DNA of 64,000 nt, from NCBI GenBank assembly GCA_043740855.1, contig JAYUBN010000148.1:7366-71365 (forward strand), read 5' to 3'. Source of the DNA: Sphingomonadales bacterium (lineage in GTDB: Bacteria; Pseudomonadota; Alphaproteobacteria; Sphingomonadales; Sphingomonadaceae). Below, one piece after another: positions 56,460-64,000 of the stretch; position 1 is the first letter of the stretch; each line of letters opens with the position of its first letter. Both the position numbers and the translations under genes were made by a program. Below the pieces are notes generated by a model, which was given only the letters and a program-made list of their open reading frames with translations, made no database searches and was not told the origin of the DNA.

Positions 56460-57368
56460 ATGGTGATAGCGGTGACCGGGGCGACCGGTTTTCTGGGGCA
56501 GGCGCTGCTGGATGTGGCGCTTGGTCAGGGAATGGACGTACACGCGCTCGCTCGCAAGCCGCAGCCGGACCGGTCCGGGGTAAGCTGGTTTGCCGGCGAT
56601 CTGGGCAATGACAAGGCTTTGACCGCGATGAGCGCGGGTGCGTCAGCGGTGATCCACGTTGCCGGGCTGGTCAACACACCCGATCCTGCCGCCTTTGCGC
56701 AGGCCAACGTCGCGGGTACGCGGAATATGATCGAGGCTGCGAAGGCTGCCGGGGTGACGCGGCTGATTTTTGTCTCGTCGCTGTCGGCGCGCGAGCCTGA
56801 GCTGTCGGCTTATGGGGCGTCCAAACAGCAGGCGGAGCAACTGGTCAAGGCCAGCGGGCTCGACTGGACGATCTTGCGGCCGCCAACGATTTACGGCCCA
56901 CGCGATATCGACATGTTCGAATTGTTCCGCGCCGCGAAATGGGGGGTGGTGCCGGTGCCCTGGCATGGCCGCTCATCGATTATTCACGCCAAGGATCTGG
57001 CAGAGTTGCTGCTGGCGCTGGTGACGGGCAGCGAGGAGGTCACGCACCGCAGCTTCGAGCCTGACGATGGCAAGCCCGGCGGCTGGAGCCACGGCGAGCT
57101 GGCCCGTGCGATTGGCTCGGCCGTGGGCCGGCGCCCGTTCGTGCTGCGCCTGCCGGCGTGGGCAATGCGCTGGGCAGCTCGGGCCGACACGGCCGCTCGC
57201 GGGGCCAGGGCGAAACTGACGCCCGACCGGGTCAGTTACATGGTCCACCCCGATTGGGTGGTCAGCAACGCTGCGCGGGTGCCGCCGAATTTATGGCGCA
57301 GCCGCATTCCTACCCGAGAAGGGCTGAACGCGACCGCGCAATGGTACCGGGAAAACGGCTGGCTCTGA
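56460..57368 (+). CDS. NAD-dependent epimerase/dehydratase
   Basis: VTGATGFLG, IHVAG, VSSLSA, YGASK, RPPTIYGP. Confidence 0.9.
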   Translation: MVIAVTGATGFLGQALLDVALGQGMDVHALARKPQPDRSGVSWFAGDLGNDKALTAMSAGASAVIHVAGLVNTPDPAAFAQANVAGTRNMIEAAKAAGVTRLIFVSSLSAREPELSAYGASKQQAEQLVKASGLDWTILRPPTIYGPRDIDMFELFRAAKWGVVPVPWHGRSSIIHAKDLAELLLALVTGSEEVTHRSFEPDDGKPGGWSHGELARAIGSAVGRRPFVLRLPAWAMRWAARADTAARGARAKLTPDRVSYMVHPDWVVSNAARVPPNLWRSRIPTREGLNATAQWYRENGWL

Positions 57369-57380
57369 TGCCGGAAACGA

Positions 57381-58199
57381 TCAGAAAACCGGATCGAACT
57401 CGGGTGGCAATTCGCCCGGATCGTCGGGCTGACCGGGCACATGGATGCCACACTCGATTTTTTCCCAGCCGCGCCAGCGACCCGCACGGGGATCTTCGCC
57501 CGGCGCGACCTTGCTGGTGCAGGGCGAGCAGCCGATCGAGGGATAGCCTTCGGCCACCAGCGGATGCGCGGGCAAGTCATGCTCGGCGAAATAGGCGGTC
57601 AGGATCGCGCTGTTCCAGTCGGCCAGCGGATTGATCTTGAGCCGGCCCTGGGTGTCGGCCTTGTCGATCTCGAAGCGCGCCAGGCCAGCCCGTGTTGCCG
57701 ACTGGAAACCCTTGCGCCCGGTGATTGTGGCGTCAAGATTCGCAAGTGCTGCGGTCAGCGGCTGGACCTTGCGAATATCGCAGCAGCCATCCGGGTCATA
57801 GGACCAGCGCAGCCCGCTTTCGTCGCGCATGGCCAACGCTGCGGAGTCGGGGGTGAGGTTGATGACCCCGGTCAGACCGAAGCGCGCAATCAACACATCG
57901 CGATATGCCAGCGTTTCGGGAAAATGCTTGCCGGTTTCCAGGAACAGCACCGGGGTTGCGCGATCGACGCTGGCAATCAAGTGCAGCAGCACTGCGCTTT
58001 CAGCGCCAAAGCTGGAGACCACCGCGACATTGCCGGCTACGCGGTCCTTCAACACCCCGGTCAGCATTTCACGCGTGTCGGCGCCGCGATACAGCTGGTT
58101 GAGCCGCACCGCATCGGCTTCGCTGAAGCGCGGACCGGTGTCGATGCGATCAATCGCGCGCTCAACGGAGCGGGTAGCGATCCGCGTAATCTGGTTCAT
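57381..58199 (-). CDS. cysH: PAPS/APS reductase
   Basis: SSFGAES, ETGKHFPET, CCDIRKVQPL, GYPSIGCSPCT, RAGRW, ECGIH. Confidence 0.95.
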   Translation of the reverse strand: MNQITRIATRSVERAIDRIDTGPRFSEADAVRLNQLYRGADTREMLTGVLKDRVAGNVAVVSSFGAESAVLLHLIASVDRATPVLFLETGKHFPETLAYRDVLIARFGLTGVINLTPDSAALAMRDESGLRWSYDPDGCCDIRKVQPLTAALANLDATITGRKGFQSATRAGLARFEIDKADTQGRLKINPLADWNSAILTAYFAEHDLPAHPLVAEGYPSIGCSPCTSKVAPGEDPRAGRWRGWEKIECGIHVPGQPDDPGELPPEFDPVF

Positions 58200-58657
58200 G
58201 GCGCCACCTGGTCTGGATGGCCCGAATCTTCCCGGTCACGGCGCGTCCAGATTGGTACGCGGCTGTCCGTGGTTGCCTGATAGACCTCGGGCCAGCGGTT
58301 TAGCGCGGTCTGCGCGTCGGCATCATCCATCGCCACGTCGGGCGCAAAGCTGTCGAAGCCGCAGCGCCGCAGGGCCGCCAGCTGATCGACGGCAACGTCG
58401 CCCACCGCCCGCAGTTCGCCAACATAGCCCGCCTCGCGCAGGATCCGGGCCGAGGAATAGCCGCGCCCGTCGCCAAATGTCGGGAAATTGACTTCCACCA
58501 GCTTCAGCCGGTCCAGCACGGGCAGCAGGTCGCGGGCATCGTCGCCCGGCTCGATGCGGACGGCAGCGGCATTGGTCTGCGCGCCGAAGGCATCGACGGT
58601 CACGGCGGGGTCCGACACCGGCTCATCGGCGCGAAAGCGGAACTGGGCCTCAACCAT
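58196..58657 (-). CDS. DUF934 protein
   Basis: FPTFGDGRGYSSARILRE, ELRAVGDV, RCGFDSF. Confidence 0.92.
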   Translation of the reverse strand: MVEAQFRFRADEPVSDPAVTVDAFGAQTNAAAVRIEPGDDARDLLPVLDRLKLVEVNFPTFGDGRGYSSARILREAGYVGELRAVGDVAVDQLAALRRCGFDSFAPDVAMDDADAQTALNRWPEVYQATTDSRVPIWTRRDREDSGHPDQVAP

Positions 58658-60275
58658 AAATCGCCGCCTTGAAGGGAGTCATGCCGATGCGGCGATAGGT
58701 ATCGAGAAAGCGTTCGCTGCCCTGCTTGTTGGCCAGATAGACGTCGGTGGCCTTTTCGACCGCCCCGACGATGCCATCTTCGTCGAAGCCAGGCCCGGTG
58801 ATCTGGCCCAACGAGGTGTCCGCGCCTTCGCTGCCCCCGAGCAGCAGCTGATAGTTCTCGACACCCCGGCGATCGACGCCAAGGATGCCGATGTGGCCCG
58901 CATGGTGGTGCCCGCAGGCGTTAATGCAGCCCGAGATCTTCAGCTTGAGCTCGCCGATGGCTTCCTGCTTGTCGGCAAAGCGCTCGGAAATCTTCTGCGC
59001 CAGCGGGATCGAGCGGGCATTGGCCAGACTGCAATAATCGAGGCCGGGGCAGGCAATGATGTCGCCGATGCTGTCGAGATTGGCAGTGCCAAGCCCCGCC
59101 GCGTCGAGCTGCTGCCACAGCGTATAAAGATCGGCCTGCCGAACATGCGGCAGCACGATGTTCTGGGCATGGGTGACGCGCAGCTCGTCGAAGCTGTGGG
59201 CCTTGGCAAGATCGGCCATCAGGCGGATCTGGTCGGCGCTGGCATCGCCGGGGATGCCGCCGACTGGTTTCAGGCTGATCGTGGCGATGGCGTAACCGGG
59301 GGCCTTGTGCGCGGCGACGTTGCGATCCAGCCAGAGCGCAAAATCGGGATCGCTGCGGTCGGGCGCGCTGCCTGCAGCTTCGAATGCGGGGTCGGTGAAA
59401 TAGGTCTTGATCCGCGCCAGCTCGGCCAGCGGCGGCTCTATGCCTTGCGCTTTGAGATGCGCGAACTCGGCCTCGACCTGGCGCGTGTAATCGTCCTTGC
59501 CCAGTTCATGAACCAGGATCATGATCCGCGCCTTGTACTTGTTATCGCGGCGACCATAGCGGTTGTAGACGCGCAGGCAGGCTTCGGAATAGGTCACCAG
59601 CTCGTCCAGCGGCACGAACGGGTTGATCAGCGGCGCGATCATCGGCGTGCGGCCCATGCCGCCGCCAACGTAAAACGCGCAGCCCAATTCGCCCGCATCA
59701 TTGCGCACGATCTGAATGCCGATATCATGAAGGCGCATCGCCGCGCGGTCAGTGTCCGCGGCAATCACACAAATCTTGAACTTGCGCGGCAGCGTCGTAA
59801 ACTCGGGATGAAAGCTCGACCACTGGCGCAGCAGCTCTGCATAGGGGCGTGGATCGACCAGTTCGTCAGCGGCGGCGCCGGCATATTGGTCACTGCTGAT
59901 GTTGCGGATGCAATTGCCGCTGGTCTGGATCGCGTGCATTTCGACCCGCGCGAGATCGGCGAGAATGTCTGGCGCATCCTCCAGCTTGATCCAGTTGTAC
60001 TGGATGTTCTGGCGGGTGGTGAAATGGCCATAGCCCCGGTCGTATTTGTCGGCGATGTCGCCAAGCGCGCGCATCTGCGCCGAATTCAACGTGCCATAAG
60101 GCACCGCGACCCGCAGCATATAGGCGTGCAATTGCAGATAGAGCCCGTTCATCAGGCGCAGCGGGCGGAATTGTTCCTCGCTCAGTCTGCCCGACAGCCG
60201 CCGCTGCGTCTGGTCGCGAAATTCGGCGACACGGATGTCGACCATCGCCTGGTCGTAATTGTCATATTTATACAT
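58650..60275 (-). CDS. cysI: Sulfite reductase hemoprotein
   Basis: RLMNGLYLQLHAYMLR, TTRQNIQ, SGNCIRN, LPRKFK, CPGLDYCSLAN, ISGCINACGHHH. Confidence 0.93.
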   Translation of the reverse strand: MYKYDNYDQAMVDIRVAEFRDQTQRRLSGRLSEEQFRPLRLMNGLYLQLHAYMLRVAVPYGTLNSAQMRALGDIADKYDRGYGHFTTRQNIQYNWIKLEDAPDILADLARVEMHAIQTSGNCIRNISSDQYAGAAADELVDPRPYAELLRQWSSFHPEFTTLPRKFKICVIAADTDRAAMRLHDIGIQIVRNDAGELGCAFYVGGGMGRTPMIAPLINPFVPLDELVTYSEACLRVYNRYGRRDNKYKARIMILVHELGKDDYTRQVEAEFAHLKAQGIEPPLAELARIKTYFTDPAFEAAGSAPDRSDPDFALWLDRNVAAHKAPGYAIATISLKPVGGIPGDASADQIRLMADLAKAHSFDELRVTHAQNIVLPHVRQADLYTLWQQLDAAGLGTANLDSIGDIIACPGLDYCSLANARSIPLAQKISERFADKQEAIGELKLKISGCINACGHHHAGHIGILGVDRRGVENYQLLLGGSEGADTSLGQITGPGFDEDGIVGAVEKATDVYLANKQGSERFLDTYRRIGMTPFKAAIYG

Positions 60276-60583
60276 CAGATCACCCAATTGCCGGCGTCGA
60301 CGTCGGCGGGCTTGAGGGAAAGGTCGAGCCGGACAGTAGGGCCAAGCGCGCGGATACGGTCCTTGATATGCGCCGGGCGCACGCCCCCCATTTTGCCATC
60401 GCCGGTTTTCTTGCCATCGATGACATAAGGCGAGACGACCCGGCGAGCGGCGTTTTCAACCGCAGCGATGACTTCGCCCTGATCCGCCACATCAACGGCG
60501 TCGGCGACATGCAGCGACCAATCGCTGCCCGTCCACCAGGTGACGGCACCGGTCTTCAGGTCATTTCCCGTCAGAATCTTCAC
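60275..60583 (-). CDS. DUF2849 protein
   Basis: KILTGNDLKTGAVTWW, HIKDRIRALGPT; GTG 60583 overlaps cobA stop. Confidence 0.88.
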   Translation of the reverse strand: MKILTGNDLKTGAVTWWTGSDWSLHVADAVDVADQGEVIAAVENAARRVVSPYVIDGKKTGDGKMGGVRPAHIKDRIRALGPTVRLDLSLKPADVDAGNWVI

Positions 60584-61410
60584 GTCGAACCCGTCATTGT
60601 GCAATCTCCAGCGCCCAACTGCGCAAATCCCAAGTCATCCAGATTATCTGCCCCGCGCGCAGTAATAGCGCCGATAACGATAATTGCCGGCGCTTGCACC
60701 CCCTGGCTTGCAATCAGCCGCGAAAGTCCTGCCACATCGCCGCGCAGGATGCGCATCTCGGGCCGGGCAGCGTTTTCCACCACCGCCAACGGCGTGTCCG
60801 GCGCCAGCCCGTCGGTAATCAGTTTTTTGGCGATGGCATCGGCATTAACCACGCCCATATAAATCACCAGCGTGCGTCCTGCCCCGGCCAGACCCACCCA
60901 GTTCTGTTCGCTGAGCCCCTGGCACTGGCCCGCAACGAAGCTGACCACACTGGCGGCGTCGCGGTGCGTCAGCGGCAATTGCGCCGCCGCCGCCGCGCCC
61001 AGCGCGGCGCTGATACCCGGCACCACTTCCACGACTACACCGGCTTTGCGGCAAGCTTCCAGCTCTTCGCCGCCTCGCCCGAAAATGAACGGATCGCCGC
61101 CCTTCAGCCGCACCACCCGAAAGCCCGCCAGCGCCTCGGCCACCAGCAGCGCGTTGATGTCGTCCTGCGGCAGGGTATGCCGCGAACGGCTTTTGGCGAC
61201 GGAAACAAGCCGCGCCCCAGCCGGAGCCATCGCCAGAATGCGCGGATCGACCAGGCCATCATGAACGATCACCTGCGCGCGCAACAGCAGCCCGGCGGCA
61301 CGCAATGTCAGCAAGTCCGGATCGCCCGGCCCCGCGCCGACTAGCCAGACCTGGCCGCCGGCAGCGGCGCCGGAAGCAGAGGTCACAGGGAAAGGCAAAG
61401 TCTGAGCCAT
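60580..61410 (-). CDS. cobA: Uroporphyrinogen-III C-methyltransferase
   Basis: VWLVGAGPGDPDLLT, VVRLKGGDPFIFGRGGEE, VVPGISAA, LVIYMG. Confidence 0.95.
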   Translation of the reverse strand: MAQTLPFPVTSASGAAAGGQVWLVGAGPGDPDLLTLRAAGLLLRAQVIVHDGLVDPRILAMAPAGARLVSVAKSRSRHTLPQDDINALLVAEALAGFRVVRLKGGDPFIFGRGGEELEACRKAGVVVEVVPGISAALGAAAAAQLPLTHRDAASVVSFVAGQCQGLSEQNWVGLAGAGRTLVIYMGVVNADAIAKKLITDGLAPDTPLAVVENAARPEMRILRGDVAGLSRLIASQGVQAPAIIVIGAITARGADNLDDLGFAQLGAGDCTMTGST

Positions 61411-61712
61411 GATCAACCGATGGGCCATTACGCGGCGCATTTCCAGCCAGAAAGCCTTTGCGCAGGCTTAGCGTTTCTTTGCTCCAAGCTTGCGTGCGCC
61501 AGCTACGCCGGCAATACAGCCAACCAGTCCGATCAACCCAAGCGCGACCAGGCCCGCGATCGATCGCGCGATATCCCACAGCAGGATTTCGAAAAAACGC
61601 GCGATGGCAAAGGTGATATGAAACAAGGGATGGAGTGCTCCGCTGCGGGGCCAGGCAGGGTTATAGCCTAAATGTGCAACATTGCACCATCGCCGTCAAA
61701 ACGGTGCCGCGT

Positions 61713-64000
61713 TCAGTGGTCGCGGCGATAGCGCAGGCTGGCGTTCGACCCGCCGAAGGTACTCGTCGAACTCAGCACGCTCAGCGCCTTGGACAGCGCA
61801 ATTTCCAGCTGGGTCGCAGTGAAGCCGCGGGCGTCGGTGATAATCTCGACATAGACGTTGCGGGCGATGTATTTGCCGGCGGCCAGGCTGGTGCCTTGGC
61901 CGGTCTGGGAATTGGCACCCAGAATGCGCAGCCGATCAAAGCCGGCAACGGAGCGGAGTTTGCCAAGCGGACTGAAGCCGCCGCCCGAACCGCGCAGCGA
62001 ATTCAGCGCCGCTGCCAGCTGGATGGCTTCGGTCGGCGACAGCGACGTGAGCGAACTGCCGAACAGCAGCCGTGACAGCACTTCGTCCTGCGGCAGCGCC
62101 GGGGTCGAGGTGAAGGCGATCTGCGGCTGGCGGGCGCGCCCGGTGATGGCGATTGTGGCCGATACCGACGAAACATTGGTCGCCGCCGTGATCGCCAGTT
62201 GGGGGTCGATCAGCGACCCGCCGTCAAAAATCACCTTGCTGCGGTCGTCGAGGTCGAGCTGCTTGCCGCCAAAGTTGTACGTGCCGCGCACGACATCAAG
62301 CTCGCCGACCACGCTGGGCGCACCTGCGGTCCCGCCCACCCGCATATCGGTTGACCATTCCGCTTCCAGCCCCATGCCCGAAACAAAGATCTGTCCTGGC
62401 GCGCGGATGTGGAGGGCAAGCTGCCAATTGGAAGGCGCGGGCCCGGCGCTGGTCGCAGTCGCCGGCAGCAGCGGCTGGCCCTGGCGATGGACACCGGTCA
62501 GTTCGGGCACTTCGGCGGCGCCCTGGCGGATGATCTGATAGCGCACCTCACCCAGCTGCAACTCGCCTTTGATCAGGCCGCCCGCCGCCTTGCTGTTAGT
62601 GACCGCGAGTTGCCCCGAGACGGTTGCGCCCAGAGCGTCGCTCTTCGCCAACCGCGCATTGTTCAAAGTCGCCGTGACGTTGACCGGATAGCCCGCCGCC
62701 GCGTCAAGACTGAGCGACCCCTGCGCCGAAACGCTGCCGTCGCCCGCCTTGCCGCTGAACCGGTTGAGCAGCAACTGCGACTGGGTGAAACGCCCGTCAA
62801 TTGCGATGTTTGAAATGACGGAGCCGTAGGTGTCATTTTCATAGCGCAATTGCGATGCGCGCAGCACGCCGTTCAGCGTTGGCTGATCGGCACGCCCACC
62901 AAAATCGGCAGCGACCGCGACCGGCCCGGTGACCTCCTGCCCGGCAATTCCAGTCAGCGTCCACAGCAATTCGGCTGGCCCGGCATAGCGAATACCGCCG
63001 GACAGCGGCGCGTGCATCAGTCGCGTCAGCCACGATCCGCCGCTGCCGCCCACGCCCAGCCGCATCTGGACCCGCCCCATCGTCGCGCCCGCCCGGCGGA
63101 TCAGCGCATCCGCGCTCGCCCCGCCCGATCCGGTCGTTGCCACCAGCGATACATCCAACGGGTCGGATACAGCCAGCGCCCCGGTGCGCGTCAAGCCGGC
63201 GATGTCGAGACGCGTGTGCGAGATCGGGATGGCATCGGCCATGCCTGCGTTGAGTGTTGGCGGCATCACCAGATCGACGGTGCCGCTGGCTTTGCCGGCT
63301 AGCCCCAGCCCCGGAACCGCCGCCTGCACGATCGAGAGATCAACATGGATCAATTGCGCGTGAAGCTGCGAATGCGCGCCATAGCGGCCCGACAGCGCAA
63401 TTTGGCCTTGTGGCAGCAGTATCGTCGCGCCGGCCAGCTGCCAATCGCTGCCGGATTTGATGATCGTGGTAGGGGCGGCCAGGCTGAACGCCACGCCATT
63501 GGCGCTGCCGCGTGCGTTGAGCAGGACGTGGTTCGGGTCGATAGCGGCTTGCGCGGCCAGGCTGAACGGTACGCTGCCGTGACCCACCGTGACCAGCGCC
63601 ACGGTGCCACGCCCTTGGCTGTAGCGAATGCGGGCTTGCGCCGAGGTCAGGATCAGCGTCCCCTGGCCTGTATTGCTGAGCCGGACGTCACTCAGCCTAG
63701 CATCGGCGGTCATGGCCGGTGCGCCTGGGTAAAGCAACACGCTGCCCTGGATTTTGCCCGCGCCAATGGTGAGCAAAGCTGGGGTTCCCAGTCGTGCCCC
63801 GCTGGCATTGACGTTAAAATCGACGTGTTGGATTTTGCCCGCAGCGTCCAACTGGACCTGGCCATTAAGACCCGTACCCGCCAGCGTCAGGCGCCCCGCG
63901 AATGGCCCCGCCGACGTTTGCAGGATCGACCCGGCGAATGTTACTCTGGCGAATTGCGCCGATTTGATGTCGAGGCGCAGCGGGCCCTTGGTGGTGGTGA
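61713..64000 (-). CDS. tamB: TamB translocation/assembly module protein (5' end outside window)
   Basis: Frame open to window edge; G-rich beta-taco repeats; GMGLEAEW, PALPQDEVLSRLLFG, AGKYIARNVYVE. Confidence 0.9.
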   Translation of the reverse strand, partial: TTTKGPLRLDIKSAQFARVTFAGSILQTSAGPFAGRLTLAGTGLNGQVQLDAAGKIQHVDFNVNASGARLGTPALLTIGAGKIQGSVLLYPGAPAMTADARLSDVRLSNTGQGTLILTSAQARIRYSQGRGTVALVTVGHGSVPFSLAAQAAIDPNHVLLNARGSANGVAFSLAAPTTIIKSGSDWQLAGATILLPQGQIALSGRYGAHSQLHAQLIHVDLSIVQAAVPGLGLAGKASGTVDLVMPPTLNAGMADAIPISHTRLDIAGLTRTGALAVSDPLDVSLVATTGSGGASADALIRRAGATMGRVQMRLGVGGSGGSWLTRLMHAPLSGGIRYAGPAELLWTLTGIAGQEVTGPVAVAADFGGRADQPTLNGVLRASQLRYENDTYGSVISNIAIDGRFTQSQLLLNRFSGKAGDGSVSAQGSLSLDAAAGYPVNVTATLNNARLAKSDALGATVSGQLAVTNSKAAGGLIKGELQLGEVRYQIIRQGAAEVPELTGVHRQGQPLLPATATSAGPAPSNWQLALHIRAPGQIFVSGMGLEAEWSTDMRVGGTAGAPSVVGELDVVRGTYNFGGKQLDLDDRSKVIFDGGSLIDPQLAITAATNVSSVSATIAITGRARQPQIAFTSTPALPQDEVLSRLLFGSSLTSLSPTEAIQLAAALNSLRGSGGGFSPLGKLRSVAGFDRLRILGANSQTGQGTSLAAGKYIARNVYVEIITDARGFTATQLEIALSKALSVLSSTSTFGGSNASLRYRRDH

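Noticed and set aside
57381-61410. Sulfite reductase operon lacking cysJ
   Set aside because: cobA-DUF2849-cysI-DUF934-cysH is a standard alphaproteobacterial arrangement
61675-61688. Imperfect palindrome gtgcaacattgcac upstream of the cys operon (a related ttgca-N6-tgcaa occurs at 25330-25345)
   Set aside because: Short, far from the cobA start, and no regulator can be assigned

Overview
GC-rich alphaproteobacterial chromosome segment, most consistent with Sphingomonadaceae (Novosphingobium-like), inferred from gene content and repeat types. Left to right: DEAD-box helicase, ThiE-like gene, yggS-bioF-bioD-bioA, a collapsed toxin-antitoxin relic, a PEP-CTERM protein, palindromic repeats, pyk, two divergent GT-C-like membrane proteins, and a ROK kinase. 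Next is a complete general stress response island (two nepR, CHASE-HWE kinase, phyR, ecfG, csbD, GT4+GH130 pair) with seven GGAAC-N16/17-(C)GT(T) promoter motifs. Then come ompA, a DUF3857/transglutaminase/TPR gene split by one in-frame TGA, a decayed MBOAT/SGNH module and an aminotransferase. A stripped-down VirB type IV secretion cluster (virB2-3-4-6-8-9-10-11, with no virB1/5/7, virD4, relaxase or integrase) lies directly downstream of a TonB receptor-PKHD hydroxylase-Sel1 operon headed by a Fur-box-like site. The rest is HU, trhO, an MdtABC-OMF efflux operon ending in a Cys-rich outer-membrane barrel gene, proB, an epimerase, the cobA-DUF2849-cysI-DUF934-cysH operon and a partial tamB. Best novelty candidates: (1) the apparently iron-regulated minimal T4SS, (2) the EcfG-controlled GT4/GH130 pair, (3) the efflux-linked CACGC barrel, (4) a 258-bp inverted-repeat-bounded structured element. 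No rRNA, tRNA or CRISPR array was recognised. All family calls come from motif recognition by eye, not from database searches.
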